Shown here one piece after another: positions 16,295 to 26,000 of a stretch of 32,000 nt of DNA. The translations under genes and the position numbers were made by a program. How positions within the stretch are numbered: position 1 is the first letter of the stretch; each line of letters opens with the position of its first letter. The notes under the pieces are model-generated. The model saw only the letters and a program-made list of their open reading frames with translations, was not told the DNA's origin and made no database searches. Source of the stretch: an uncultured archaeon (GTDB lineage: Archaea; Iainarchaeota; Iainarchaeia; Iainarchaeales; CSSED10-239); NCBI GenBank assembly GCA_964496765.1, contig CAZCAP010000002.1, forward strand, positions 30,001 to 62,000. Direction: 5' to 3'.

Positions 16295-17629
16295 TTAAAT
16301 AATTATTCTTCCATCTCCCAAAACGAAATTCTTTTTAGAAATTGCTTTAGTTGCTTGGCTTGTTTTATCTCTATATCTGATTAGGTCTTTTTTTTCATCA
16401 ACAGATACAACCTCTCCAACCCACAAACCATATCTTGATTGAACAGGAAGCCCAATAAGTACTGAAGTGACCTCTTTTCTTATGGAAAACAATGTAGTGA
16501 ATTGATAAAGTAAAATTAATATAATTATACCAACAATTATTGAAAACACAAGTAACTTTGTAGTAATTTCAACTAATAACCATTGAAGAAATAAATCAAC
16601 AACTGTAAAAAACACAATTATAAAAAAGATTGTAAACAAATTTGTTCCAAACTTATACATTTTCTTTAGATAAAACAAATCAATTACTGCTCCAATCATC
16701 CATGATAGGACAGCGAGAAAGAAATATAATAGCACAGCTCTCAACACATAAACAAATCTATGAAGTAAATCAAAAGTTATATTTATTGTATAAAAATTAA
16801 CACCCTTAATAATTCCAAATATCAAAAAGAAAAAGAAACCTAAATAAAATGGAAGACTAGCTCTTGTTAATGAAAACCTACTAAAGAATCCATGATAGGC
16901 TTTTGATATTTTTGGTTCTAAATTAAAACCCTTTATTAAAAAGTAAATCCCAAACAATAATGCAATTATTTGAAATGCGAACTGCTTTGCGAAAACAAAT
17001 AACAATAATATTATTGCAGGAATACCATAAACTATTCTTGCAAAGAAAGGATCTTGGAGTGCTTTTTTAATAAAATAAAAGGTGTTTTCAATACTTTTTT
17101 CCTGTCTAACAATTATTGTTTCTTTAGAGATGATTGGTAAAAAATTTTGAACTAGTGGCATTACCTGATCATCCTCTGCACCATCGCTAACAAAAACAAC
17201 AGAGGTTGCTTGATAAATTTCAAGAACTTGTTTTAATTGCATAGTTATATTTTTATCAGCATAGAAGAAGTTATCTTTAGAATGCCCTGTTAATGTTGCA
17301 ATCTCAACAACATTATTGTCTTTCAATGCATAGTATTGTCTTATTGCTCCAAAGATACAGTTTGCATCAGATTCCTCTGGATCAGCAATTGCAAGGGCAG
17401 ATGCTAATTTTTTATTATTATTAATTCCTATAATTGGTCCAGAAATTCCAGTTTTTTGACCAACATCATTATCCCTATCAATTGAAAGAATAAGTATTTT
17501 TTCAGTGCTGTCAACCTGTAATTTTGATTCATCCACGGATTTTTGAAGCGAAACATCAACAACTGGAGTGATATCTGTCTTTGCTTCATCCTTAACTTTT
17601 ATTTTTCGTTTTTTAGGAGTCGGACCCAT
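16295..17629 (-). CDS. DUF373-family archaeal membrane protein
   Basis: 444 aa. The soluble N-terminal domain ILILSIDRDNDVGQKTGISGPIIGINNNKKLASALAIADPEESDANCIFGAIRQY matches my memory of the DUF373 N-terminus, and about 6 TM helices follow. An extra basic leader of about 45 aa precedes the domain. Confidence 0.55.
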   Translation of the reverse strand: MGPTPKKRKIKVKDEAKTDITPVVDVSLQKSVDESKLQVDSTEKILILSIDRDNDVGQKTGISGPIIGINNNKKLASALAIADPEESDANCIFGAIRQYYALKDNNVVEIATLTGHSKDNFFYADKNITMQLKQVLEIYQATSVVFVSDGAEDDQVMPLVQNFLPIISKETIIVRQEKSIENTFYFIKKALQDPFFARIVYGIPAIILLLFVFAKQFAFQIIALLFGIYFLIKGFNLEPKISKAYHGFFSRFSLTRASLPFYLGFFFFLIFGIIKGVNFYTINITFDLLHRFVYVLRAVLLYFFLAVLSWMIGAVIDLFYLKKMYKFGTNLFTIFFIIVFFTVVDLFLQWLLVEITTKLLVFSIIVGIIILILLYQFTTLFSIRKEVTSVLIGLPVQSRYGLWVGEVVSVDEKKDLIRYRDKTSQATKAISKKNFVLGDGRIII

Positions 17630-17762
17630 AAATATCTTAATTTACTAAAATATATGTAACCATATACTTTTTATATTTATTTAATATATAGAAAGATATA
17701 AAAACACAACAACTAAAATTATATTTAGTAATTAACCTTAAGAGATTAGTAAGTGATAATTT

Positions 17763-18794
17763 ATGGATAAACAGAAAATTAAAAATACTTTTTTTACAAT
17801 AACTTTTATTATACTACTTATACTTATATTTGCTCTATTTTTTTTAACAAAAAATATAGGTAATGGGATAATATGGGGAATTGTTGTAATTATTTTGATT
17901 TATGCAATATTTAAATTTAAGATTATTCTGCAACTAAAAGATTATGAAAGAGCAGTAGTCTATAGATTTGGGAAAGTTAGAAGAGTTGGTGGACCTGGTT
18001 GGACATTTGTGTTTCCTTTCTTTGAAAAACCAGTTGTTGTTACATTAAGGGTTGAAACAATTGATATCCCTCCACAGGAAGTATTAACTAAAGATAATAT
18101 TCAACTCGTAATTGATGGGGTATTATTTATTTCTGTAAAAGAGGAACCATCAAGTGTAATAAATTCTGTTGTAAAAGTTGAAGACTATAGAAGAGCAGCA
18201 ACCATGTTTGTTATAGCATCATTGAGAGATGTTGTTGGTGAGTTTGACTTAAATGAAGTTATTTCAAGTATTGAAAAAATAAATACAACATTAGTAATTA
18301 AACTTGCAGAGGTTTCTAAGGAATGGGGGGTTAAGGTTCATTCTGTGGAGATTAGTCAAGTAAGGATACCGGAAGAAATACTTCATGCAATGCATGAACA
18401 AAAAGCTGCAGTTCAAAGGAAGCTTGCTGTTTATGAACTTGCAGAATCAGAAAAAGCAAAGATACTTGCAATTAAAGAAGCAACAGATCAACTTTCTGAA
18501 AAGACTGTTGTTTATTATTACATAAAAGCACTTGAGAAAATGGCTGAAGGACAATCTTCTAAGATTATCTTTCCAATGGAGCTTACAAATCTTCTTGAAA
18601 AGGTTTCAACAAATCTTTTGCACACAGGTGGTAAACACATAACCCCAGATATTGTTGAAAAGGATTTAGATTTAAACAAGATTAAAAAATATCTTCCTTT
18701 CATACAATCATATGTTACTGCACAGAAGATAAGAACAACAAAAGTAAATCAAAGTTCAAAAAATAAAAAAAAAGTAAAAAAGAAAAAGAGATGA
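17763..18794 (+). CDS. SPFH/Band-7 (stomatin/prohibitin-like) membrane protein
   Basis: 343 aa with two N-terminal hydrophobic helices. YERAVVYRFGKVRRVGGPGWTFVFPFFEK is followed by the SPFH core and a coiled-coil region. The C-terminus has a poly-Lys tail. Confidence 0.85.
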   Translation: MDKQKIKNTFFTITFIILLILIFALFFLTKNIGNGIIWGIVVIILIYAIFKFKIILQLKDYERAVVYRFGKVRRVGGPGWTFVFPFFEKPVVVTLRVETIDIPPQEVLTKDNIQLVIDGVLFISVKEEPSSVINSVVKVEDYRRAATMFVIASLRDVVGEFDLNEVISSIEKINTTLVIKLAEVSKEWGVKVHSVEISQVRIPEEILHAMHEQKAAVQRKLAVYELAESEKAKILAIKEATDQLSEKTVVYYYIKALEKMAEGQSSKIIFPMELTNLLEKVSTNLLHTGGKHITPDIVEKDLDLNKIKKYLPFIQSYVTAQKIRTTKVNQSSKNKKKVKKKKR

Positions 18795-19186
18795 TTACTA
18801 TGCCTGCACCAAAACCACTAAGAAAATTAAATTTCATGAGAAAAAGATTAGCACATGGAATAAAAAGAACAGGGGATTCTAAAAAAACAGGTGTAAAGCA
18901 CATAGAAAAAACAGAACACAGAACGCAAATAACTGATGTTAAGATACCTCAACTTGAAAATGTAAGATTAAAAAAAGAAAAATTACAATTAATTAAAAAT
19001 ATTGAAAAAATTAAAAACAACTCAAAAGGTAAGGGATTAGTTGCTCATGGGAAAGCAATGGCAGAAATCAAAAAATTAAAAACTGATTTTGTATTAAAAT
19101 TTAACAACCCAAAACGAATTGAAGATAGACAAAAAAGACGTGCAAATATTATTTATAAAAAGTTTGAAAAAGAATATTGGAAATAA
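18791..19186 (+). CDS. Highly basic 131-aa protein (hypothetical), translationally coupled to the SPFH gene
   Basis: ATG 18791-18793 overlaps the SPFH TGA stop at 18792-18794 (ATGA). The sequence is K/R-rich throughout, has no TM segment, and I recognise no family. Confidence 0.5.
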   Translation: MITMPAPKPLRKLNFMRKRLAHGIKRTGDSKKTGVKHIEKTEHRTQITDVKIPQLENVRLKKEKLQLIKNIEKIKNNSKGKGLVAHGKAMAEIKKLKTDFVLKFNNPKRIEDRQKRRANIIYKKFEKEYWK

Positions 19187-19216
19187 TTCTGAAAAGTATA
19201 GGGGAATTCTAGTTTG

Positions 19217-19846
19217 TCATTTTTGCTTAAATTTAGTTATGAATTCTTTTTCGAATCTATCTAATATCTCATAGTTGATTTCTAACTTTTTATTTCCTCG
19301 TTTTAGAATTAATTTAAGATAGTCATCATCTACTAATAACTTGTTGTTTGCTTTTAGAGGGAGAGCCATATATTGGGTTGATGTGGCTTCTATTATGTAC
19401 TTCCCATCCTTTGAGGTGATGATTCCTGCTTTCTTAAGCCCAAATTCAGAGCAGAATTTTAGGATATCTTTTGCTTTATTAAAATCCTTTGTTCCAAAAT
19501 GAAAGATAAAAGGCTCAACCTTAAACCAGATATCCATTTCCTTTGTGTCTTCCAATAGATCAGTTTTCAGTTCATTGAAGGTTATTGTTCTATGATATCT
19601 TTTGTGGAAATGAGAAACTTCTTTATCCTCAAGTTCATCCGTTGAAAGAAGCATGATTCTTCCAGCACAGGAAGATGAGGTGAATATATCTGGTATCTTT
19701 GTTAATTCATTTAGGAAAGGAATTAGGATAGCATCAACTTTTTTATCATCTATTGCTTTTTGCAAGGTTTCCTTGTGATGTTTTTTAGTCATTGTAAACC
19801 TTTGATTTATTGAATTTTCATTATTTAGTTTCATAATTATTCTCAT
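19217..19846 (-). CDS. taw3: tRNA wyosine-derivative methyltransferase Taw3 (TYW3 domain)
   Basis: 209 aa. KKVDAILIPFLNELTKIPDIFTSSSCAGRIMLL contains the TYW3 hallmark T-SSC-GR motif in the expected N-terminal context. Confidence 0.75.
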   Translation of the reverse strand: MRIIMKLNNENSINQRFTMTKKHHKETLQKAIDDKKVDAILIPFLNELTKIPDIFTSSSCAGRIMLLSTDELEDKEVSHFHKRYHRTITFNELKTDLLEDTKEMDIWFKVEPFIFHFGTKDFNKAKDILKFCSEFGLKKAGIITSKDGKYIIEATSTQYMALPLKANNKLLVDDDYLKLILKRGNKKLEINYEILDRFEKEFITKFKQK

Positions 19847-19934
19847 TCCTTTAATTAAAACAAATACATTTATAATTAGTTAGATTATATATAATATAAG
19901 TAGAATAAGCTTTAAAAGTAATGTGTGGAAAATT

Positions 19935-20759
19935 ATGAAATATATTAAAAATATTTTATTTGTACTAATTTTATTAGGAATATTAATAATGGTTCCAGGT
20001 GTTAGGGCGCTTGCCTTGCTTGAGCCAATTTCTCAAGATCTAACATATACAGATACTATTGATCTTGGATTTGCAGCACCAGGAGAAGAATTTCTAGTTA
20101 GCTTCCTATTTGATACAACAGAGGATTATGATAATATAGATGTAATTGCATCACAGAGAAATGATGTGATCATTGAAAATACAAAAAAAACTAATGAAAG
20201 TATATTTACAACCATTAGACTTGGGCAAGAACTTTCTGGGAACTATAACCTTTACCTTGTTTTAACAGGAGAAACAAGCACAAAAACAATTACACTAAAT
20301 ATGCAGATTACTGATGAGGTGATTTATACAATTATGCAACCCTATGATAGGGCCACCACCTACGGAACAGAAAAAGAAATTAATTTTAAAATTATAAATA
20401 AATCAATTTGTACAAAAACAATATTTGTCTCATCTAATCTCTCAGAATATTGGTTTACTAATGAAAATAAAAGATTAGAAACTTTTACTCTTCAACCAAA
20501 CAGCACAACAGATATTAGTTATAAATTTATTCCTCAAGAAATTGGTAAAAAGGAATTTGAATTGAAATTATATACTAAATACACAACAGGAAATATATTT
20601 AGTGAACAAACATCAAACTATAAATCATATTTAATAAACATAAATGTAATTAAGAGTATTAAAGGAGTATATGGTTCTCTAGATCACGTTTACCCTTTGT
20701 TTAATACAAATATCATGCCTGTTTATTTTTTTAATAAACTAATTAGATGGTTAATATAA
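19935..20759 (+). CDS. Secreted beta-sandwich-type protein (hypothetical)
   Basis: The signal peptide MKYIKNILFVLILLGILIMVPGVRALA begins at ATG 19935; the ORF-track GTG 19923 would add 4 residues. The mature part alternates beta-like segments and carries at least 4 N-x-S/T sequons (NES, NKS, NLS, NST). Confidence 0.5.
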   Translation: MKYIKNILFVLILLGILIMVPGVRALALLEPISQDLTYTDTIDLGFAAPGEEFLVSFLFDTTEDYDNIDVIASQRNDVIIENTKKTNESIFTTIRLGQELSGNYNLYLVLTGETSTKTITLNMQITDEVIYTIMQPYDRATTYGTEKEINFKIINKSICTKTIFVSSNLSEYWFTNENKRLETFTLQPNSTTDISYKFIPQEIGKKEFELKLYTKYTTGNIFSEQTSNYKSYLININVIKSIKGVYGSLDHVYPLFNTNIMPVYFFNKLIRWLI

Positions 20760-20791
20760 ATCCTATTTGTTTTTAATCATGGAATGTAGCT

Positions 20792-22315
20792 ATGAATAAT
20801 AAAAAAGAATTATATAAATTCTTTAAAGACATAAATCAAAATAAAATAACAGCTAAAGAACTACAAACCCTGAAGATCGCTTTTTCTAAAGAAAATAAAC
20901 TTAAGGGAATACCCCTAACATCAGATATACTTGCTGCTCTTAAAATTAAAAGACCATCAAAAACGTTAATTACTAAACCACATAGAACAGAATCAGGAGT
21001 TACAGTAATTGCAGTAATGACTAGACCTGAAGCCTGCCCTGGTAAATGCATCTATTGTCCAAGCTATAAGGACGCTCCAAAAAGTTATACAGGGTTTGAG
21101 CCTGCAGCAATGAGAGGTAAACTTAATTTCTATGATCCAAAAAAACAAATTAGGGATAGACTAAAACAATTGGAAGCAACAGGACATCCAACAAATAAAC
21201 TTGAAGTGATTATTATGGGTGGAACATTTCCTGCAACTGACATAAAGTATCAGAAAGAGTTTGTTAGAGGGATTTATCAAGAGATCACAGGAAGCAAAGA
21301 AGAGGATATTAGTAAACTACAAAAAATTGCAATGAAATCAAAAAGAAGGATGGTTGGATTAACTTTTGAAACTAGACCTGACTTTTGTAATGAAAAGGAA
21401 ATTAGGAGAATGCTTGAGTTTGGAGGAACGAGGGTTGAAATTGGGGTCCAAACAGTTTATGATGACATTTTCAAAAAAATAAAAAGAGGGCATGGAATTA
21501 AAGAAGTTATTGAAGCAACTAGAAAATTAAAAGATTCTGGACTAAAAGTTTTATACCATATGATGATTGGACTTCCTGGATCAAATATTAAAAAAGATCA
21601 AGAAGCGTTTAAAGAAATATTTAGAAACCAAGCATATTGTCCAGACATGATTAAAATTTATCCTTGCCTTGTTACTAAATATACAAAACTAGAAAAGATG
21701 TATTATTCTGGAGAATATAAAATTTATGATGATGAAAAACTAATTAAATTAATTGCGGATATTAAAGAGATTGTTCCTTCTTGGGTTAGGATCATGAGAA
21801 TACAGAGAGACATACCAGCAACAAAAATAATTGCTGGTGCAAAGAAGAGTAATCTACGTGAACTTGTTAAAAAAGAATTAATGATTCGCGGAACCAAATG
21901 CGATTGTATTAGATGCAAAGAACCAGAAGGTAAAATAATAAACATAAATAAATATGAAATTAAAAAAGTTAGATATAATGCATCAGATGGAGATGAATTA
22001 TTTATATCTGCAGAAACAAACAACCATTTATTAGGCTTCATTAGACTTAGATTCCCAAAAAAACCATTTATTAAAGAAATAGACAAAAAAACATCAATTG
22101 TAAGGGAACTACATGTTTATGGTGAAGCAACAAACTTTGATGATAAGAACATCCAACACAGAGGGATTGGAAAAAAACTATTAAAAATAGCAGAGGACAT
22201 ATCAAAAGATAATAAATTTGAAAAGATAGCAGTAATTAGTGGTGTTGGGGTTAGAGAATACTATAAAAAACAAGGATATAAACTTATTGGAACATATATG
22301 ATTAGGGAATTATAG
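20792..22315 (+). CDS. elp3: Elp3-type tRNA U34 modification enzyme (radical SAM + GNAT acetyltransferase)
   Basis: 507 aa with a CPGKCIYCP cluster and a radical-SAM TIM-barrel region (IIMGGTFPA, VEIGVQTV). The C-terminal GNAT region contains RELHVYG...QHRGIGKKLL. Confidence 0.9.
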   Translation: MNNKKELYKFFKDINQNKITAKELQTLKIAFSKENKLKGIPLTSDILAALKIKRPSKTLITKPHRTESGVTVIAVMTRPEACPGKCIYCPSYKDAPKSYTGFEPAAMRGKLNFYDPKKQIRDRLKQLEATGHPTNKLEVIIMGGTFPATDIKYQKEFVRGIYQEITGSKEEDISKLQKIAMKSKRRMVGLTFETRPDFCNEKEIRRMLEFGGTRVEIGVQTVYDDIFKKIKRGHGIKEVIEATRKLKDSGLKVLYHMMIGLPGSNIKKDQEAFKEIFRNQAYCPDMIKIYPCLVTKYTKLEKMYYSGEYKIYDDEKLIKLIADIKEIVPSWVRIMRIQRDIPATKIIAGAKKSNLRELVKKELMIRGTKCDCIRCKEPEGKIININKYEIKKVRYNASDGDELFISAETNNHLLGFIRLRFPKKPFIKEIDKKTSIVRELHVYGEATNFDDKNIQHRGIGKKLLKIAEDISKDNKFEKIAVISGVGVREYYKKQGYKLIGTYMIREL

Positions 22316-22324
22316 GTGAATCTA

Positions 22325-22636
22325 ATGGAAAACAAGGACAAATTAATTACTTTAGTTGAATCGGATCCTGATTTATACAAAATAATAAACTCAAAGGCCC
22401 ACATAAAAGTTTTAGAGGCAATTGCCACAGAATCCCTTAATTTTTATGATCTTAGTAGAAAAACAGATTTTAAAAAGGTATCTATATTATATAATATATT
22501 AGATAATCTCTTAGATAAAAAATATATTAGAAAACTAGAGATTAATAAAAACCAAGTTTATTACATTACAAATGAAGGAAAAAACATTTATAATCTAGTA
22601 AAAAACGCACAAAAAGATTTTAATCTACAGGGGTGA
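22325..22636 (+). CDS. Small winged-helix (wHTH) DNA-binding protein, putative transcription regulator
   Basis: KVLEAIATESLNFYDLSRKTDFKKVSILYNILDNLLDKKYIRKLEINKNQVYYITNEGKNIY fits the helix-turn-helix plus beta-wing pattern of ArsR/MarR-like wHTH proteins. AGGTGA at 22314-22319 overlaps the Elp3 stop and lies 5 nt before ATG 22325, so I prefer that start to GTG 22316. Confidence 0.5.
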   Translation: MENKDKLITLVESDPDLYKIINSKAHIKVLEAIATESLNFYDLSRKTDFKKVSILYNILDNLLDKKYIRKLEINKNQVYYITNEGKNIYNLVKNAQKDFNLQG

Positions 22637-22642
22637 GGATAA

Positions 22643-22993
22643 ATGAAAGTGTTTTTAGGAGTTTTAAGTACTGGAAAAGGTACATGGGGACAGGTTGCTC
22701 ACATTGTTGATCAATCAGAATATGATCAAGTTTATTTAGTCTCAAATGAATGGGCAAAGGATAAATTTACTTGTACTAAGAAGGTTAATTGGATAATTGT
22801 TGATCCAAGAAAAGGATTTTCTGAAATTTTTGATGATATTGAGAAAGAATGGCCAAAGGATGTTAAAGAATTAGATTTAAACATACATTCTGGAAGCGGT
22901 AAGGAACATAGTGCAATACTTGCTCTTTTACAACAAAAAAATGTAAAATATAAAATAATAACAATAAATTCAGAGGGAATAAAGAGGTATTAG
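22643..22993 (+). CDS. 116-aa stand-alone Rossmann-like alpha/beta protein with CARF-like motif placement (hypothetical)
   Basis: The alternating beta/alpha pattern reads KVFLGVL-STGKGTW-helix, VYLVSNE, NWIIVD, LDLNIH-SGSGK-EHSAILALLQQ, YKIITIN. GGTGA at 22632-22636 overlaps the upstream TGA stop and lies 6 nt before the ATG. Confidence 0.35.
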   Translation: MKVFLGVLSTGKGTWGQVAHIVDQSEYDQVYLVSNEWAKDKFTCTKKVNWIIVDPRKGFSEIFDDIEKEWPKDVKELDLNIHSGSGKEHSAILALLQQKNVKYKIITINSEGIKRY

Positions 22994-23002
22994 GGGGGAT
23001 AG

Positions 23003-26000
23003 GTGAATTATAAATTATTTATACTCACTCCAATTATAGTACTTTTAATTATATTGTCTGGATGTATACATCTACTATCTACTGCAGAGAGAGAAGCGTG
23101 CCTTTCTGCAACTCATTTTTCAACTAATTCTATAGATTCTTGTGAAACGCAGAAAGAATGCTATAACAAAATCATTAATAATTATGAAATCTCAAATAAA
23201 TTACCACTTTCTATCTACAACAACAACATAACCTATTTGAATAATATTGCCTCTGCCTCATTTAATTTTAATCAAAGTACGAAGTACATTAAAGAACTTA
23301 ATAAATCCTGTGATACAGAAGATGTAAATAAAATTATTAAAAATAGTAATGATTTATTTGCAAACCTAAGAAATATATTCGAATATATTGATAAGGCAAA
23401 TGCAGAAAGCATAATATTAATAAAAGATTATGCAATATATCTAGAAAATGAAGGAATTGAAGAAATACCTGAGGAAGAAATATATTCAGAGTATATTACA
23501 ATTAATAATAATCTTAATGAGTTAAGGGTAGATTCTAAAAATGAAAATTATATACACCAACTTATAGAAGAAAGTGCAAACCTAAATATAGTTGCAAAAG
23601 ACTTTGGTTTCACGAAAAATTATATTTCAAATGTGAATTATATTGACCTCACATCATATTATCTTAAACTTATCGAAGATCCTTCTGGAGAAATTCGTGT
23701 ACCAACAATAGTCCCTGGATTAAATTATGTTCTTGGAGAATTATCAGCCCTTGAGCAATTAAAAAATATCACCATAAATTTACAACGAGCAGATAATTAT
23801 AATTTTTATATAATTTTAGATCGATTTGTTGGTAAAAACAATTCATTATATAGTGAATTTAGTGAAATAAGTACAAAAATTAATACAGAGATTAATAAAA
23901 TATACGAAACAATAAGTGATTTAGAAACTAAAATTGAAGATAATGAGATGTATATATCCCAAACAAACTATTTCACATACTATGCAGCAAAAACTAATTT
24001 TAGAGAAAAAAATATTGGATTTGGAACGTATCTTTCTATGCTTAAAAAAATTGATAACGAACTAAATATTAATAAAATTAATGAATTTGATCAAAATACA
24101 ATCATTAAAGAAAAATTAAAAGATTGTGAAGTAATAATTAAATCTGCAGAAAAAGTAAATAACACATACCTAAATAAGCTAATTAAAAATTATAAAACTG
24201 AATTGAACTTAGAAAAAAAAGAAATGCTTTGTAATCAAATAAATTTTGAGATTAGCAACCCAGATTGTTTAATTAATCTAGAAAACGTATTAAACGCAAA
24301 TATAAATGAATTTGAAGAATATAGAGAGATCTACTTGAATAATATTACACCGGAAGATTGTACGAATATTATAAACAACATAAATAATCAGTTAGAAATG
24401 AATAATAAAATAAGATTACTAAAGGAGATTATTAAAGATAATAGTTTAAAATACACTGAAATTAATCTAAAAATAGCAGTGAATGATTTTGAAAAGAAAA
24501 TCACAATTATAGACATTAATTCAGAAATTAACAAAATTAAAAATAATCCAAACTATAAATTATATCTAAATATTGACGAAAAAATAGAAGATCAGCAGAA
24601 AATAAATTTAAAATTAATTGATATTGCTAGAGAAATTGAAAATGAATATTTGCAAGAAAACAATAGAATCGAACTAATTGATTCTAATTATTATTTAGTT
24701 GTTTTAAATTTATTTCGATTTGAATTAAATAACATAGAATTTGAATTAAATGACCAAGACACTGATATTTATTTCCACACCCAAGGAATTAGGATTACAA
24801 AAAACACTATTTTAATTGAAAGATTATTTCTAAATAAAAATTATTTCCAAATAGATTATGAAAATAAAAAAGAAATAACTACAAAATTATTAAAACTTGG
24901 TTTGGATAATACATTATTTGAAATAACTATAAAAAATCAGATAATTGGAATAACTGATAAAATATATATTTCCCCTGATAAAAAAACAATCAATGGAATT
25001 GTTGATGAAAAAAATTATTTAAATTACATAACAGAACAGGAAAACAAAATACTATACACCCAAGATATATTGTCAAATACAATATTATCTAACAAATATG
25101 AAAAAATAACCACTGATAAATACACAAATATAATTGAATTAAAAATAAAAAATAACTATACAAGTACAATAACAGGGGAATTAAAATTAATAGATGTGGA
25201 TGAATCTACTGATGAATATGTAGCATACATCTTGAAAATTAATAATCGTGAACAAAATGCATATTTTGAAAATGGAGGAATATATACTATAATTAATTTA
25301 GGCAAAGGGGAAGAAAACATTTATGAATTACAAACAGCCTATGGACTTAAAGAGATAATATCCGTAGCCAAAGATAATTTACTAGAAATGAATAGACTCA
25401 AAAATTCATATTTTTTGGATTTAAAAAAAGAAGCAACAACAGCATTTTCTAGTGTTAATAATTTAATAGTAGATATGGACTCAAAAATTGAAGACCTACA
25501 ACTAATTTTTATTAAGGAAAATAAAATTAATGAATTAAAGATAAAAGAAAAGGACTACATCCTTGCAGAAAATGCATTTTTTATATTATATAATGAGTTG
25601 CTGAATGCAAGTTTATCTCAAGCAAATAAAATCAAAATTGAAAAGTTAAACGATGAAAAATACACAAACATAAAAGGTAATTTAATCAAATTACAACTCA
25701 TTGAAAAAAATAATAATTTAGAAAAGGAAGCAAAGAAAATAGAAGAAAAAAATACAAATTATAATAAATTGCAGGAACTTAAAGCAAAAATAAGTGATTA
25801 TAATATTAATGATAATAAATTAAATGAACTAATATTAAATGCAGACTATATGAATCAAATAGATTTGAATTTAATTGAAGAAACAATTAATGAAAATTTA
25901 AAAATACAAGTAATTAAAATTGATGATGTGATTTTATATCTTGATGGATTTAATCAAAATACAGAAAACAACACAATAGATAAAATAAAATGGATGTTTG

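Noticed and set aside
18791-18900. The N-terminus of the basic 131-aa protein (RKRLAHGIKRTG) vaguely resembles the eukaryotic ribosomal protein eL29 motif (K.HRNGIKKP).
   Set aside because: Only about 4 of 10 positions match, and the alignment needs a shift of the His. eL29 is regarded as eukaryote-specific, and lysine/arginine-rich sequences match each other easily. The evidence is too weak to report as a call.
24718-24760. A short tandem duplication, GAATTTGAATTAAAT, inside the giant gene (peptide RFELNNIEFELND).
   Set aside because: It consists of two copies of about 15 nt in low-complexity coding sequence. This is consistent with the general repetitiveness of the protein and not a distinct repeat element.
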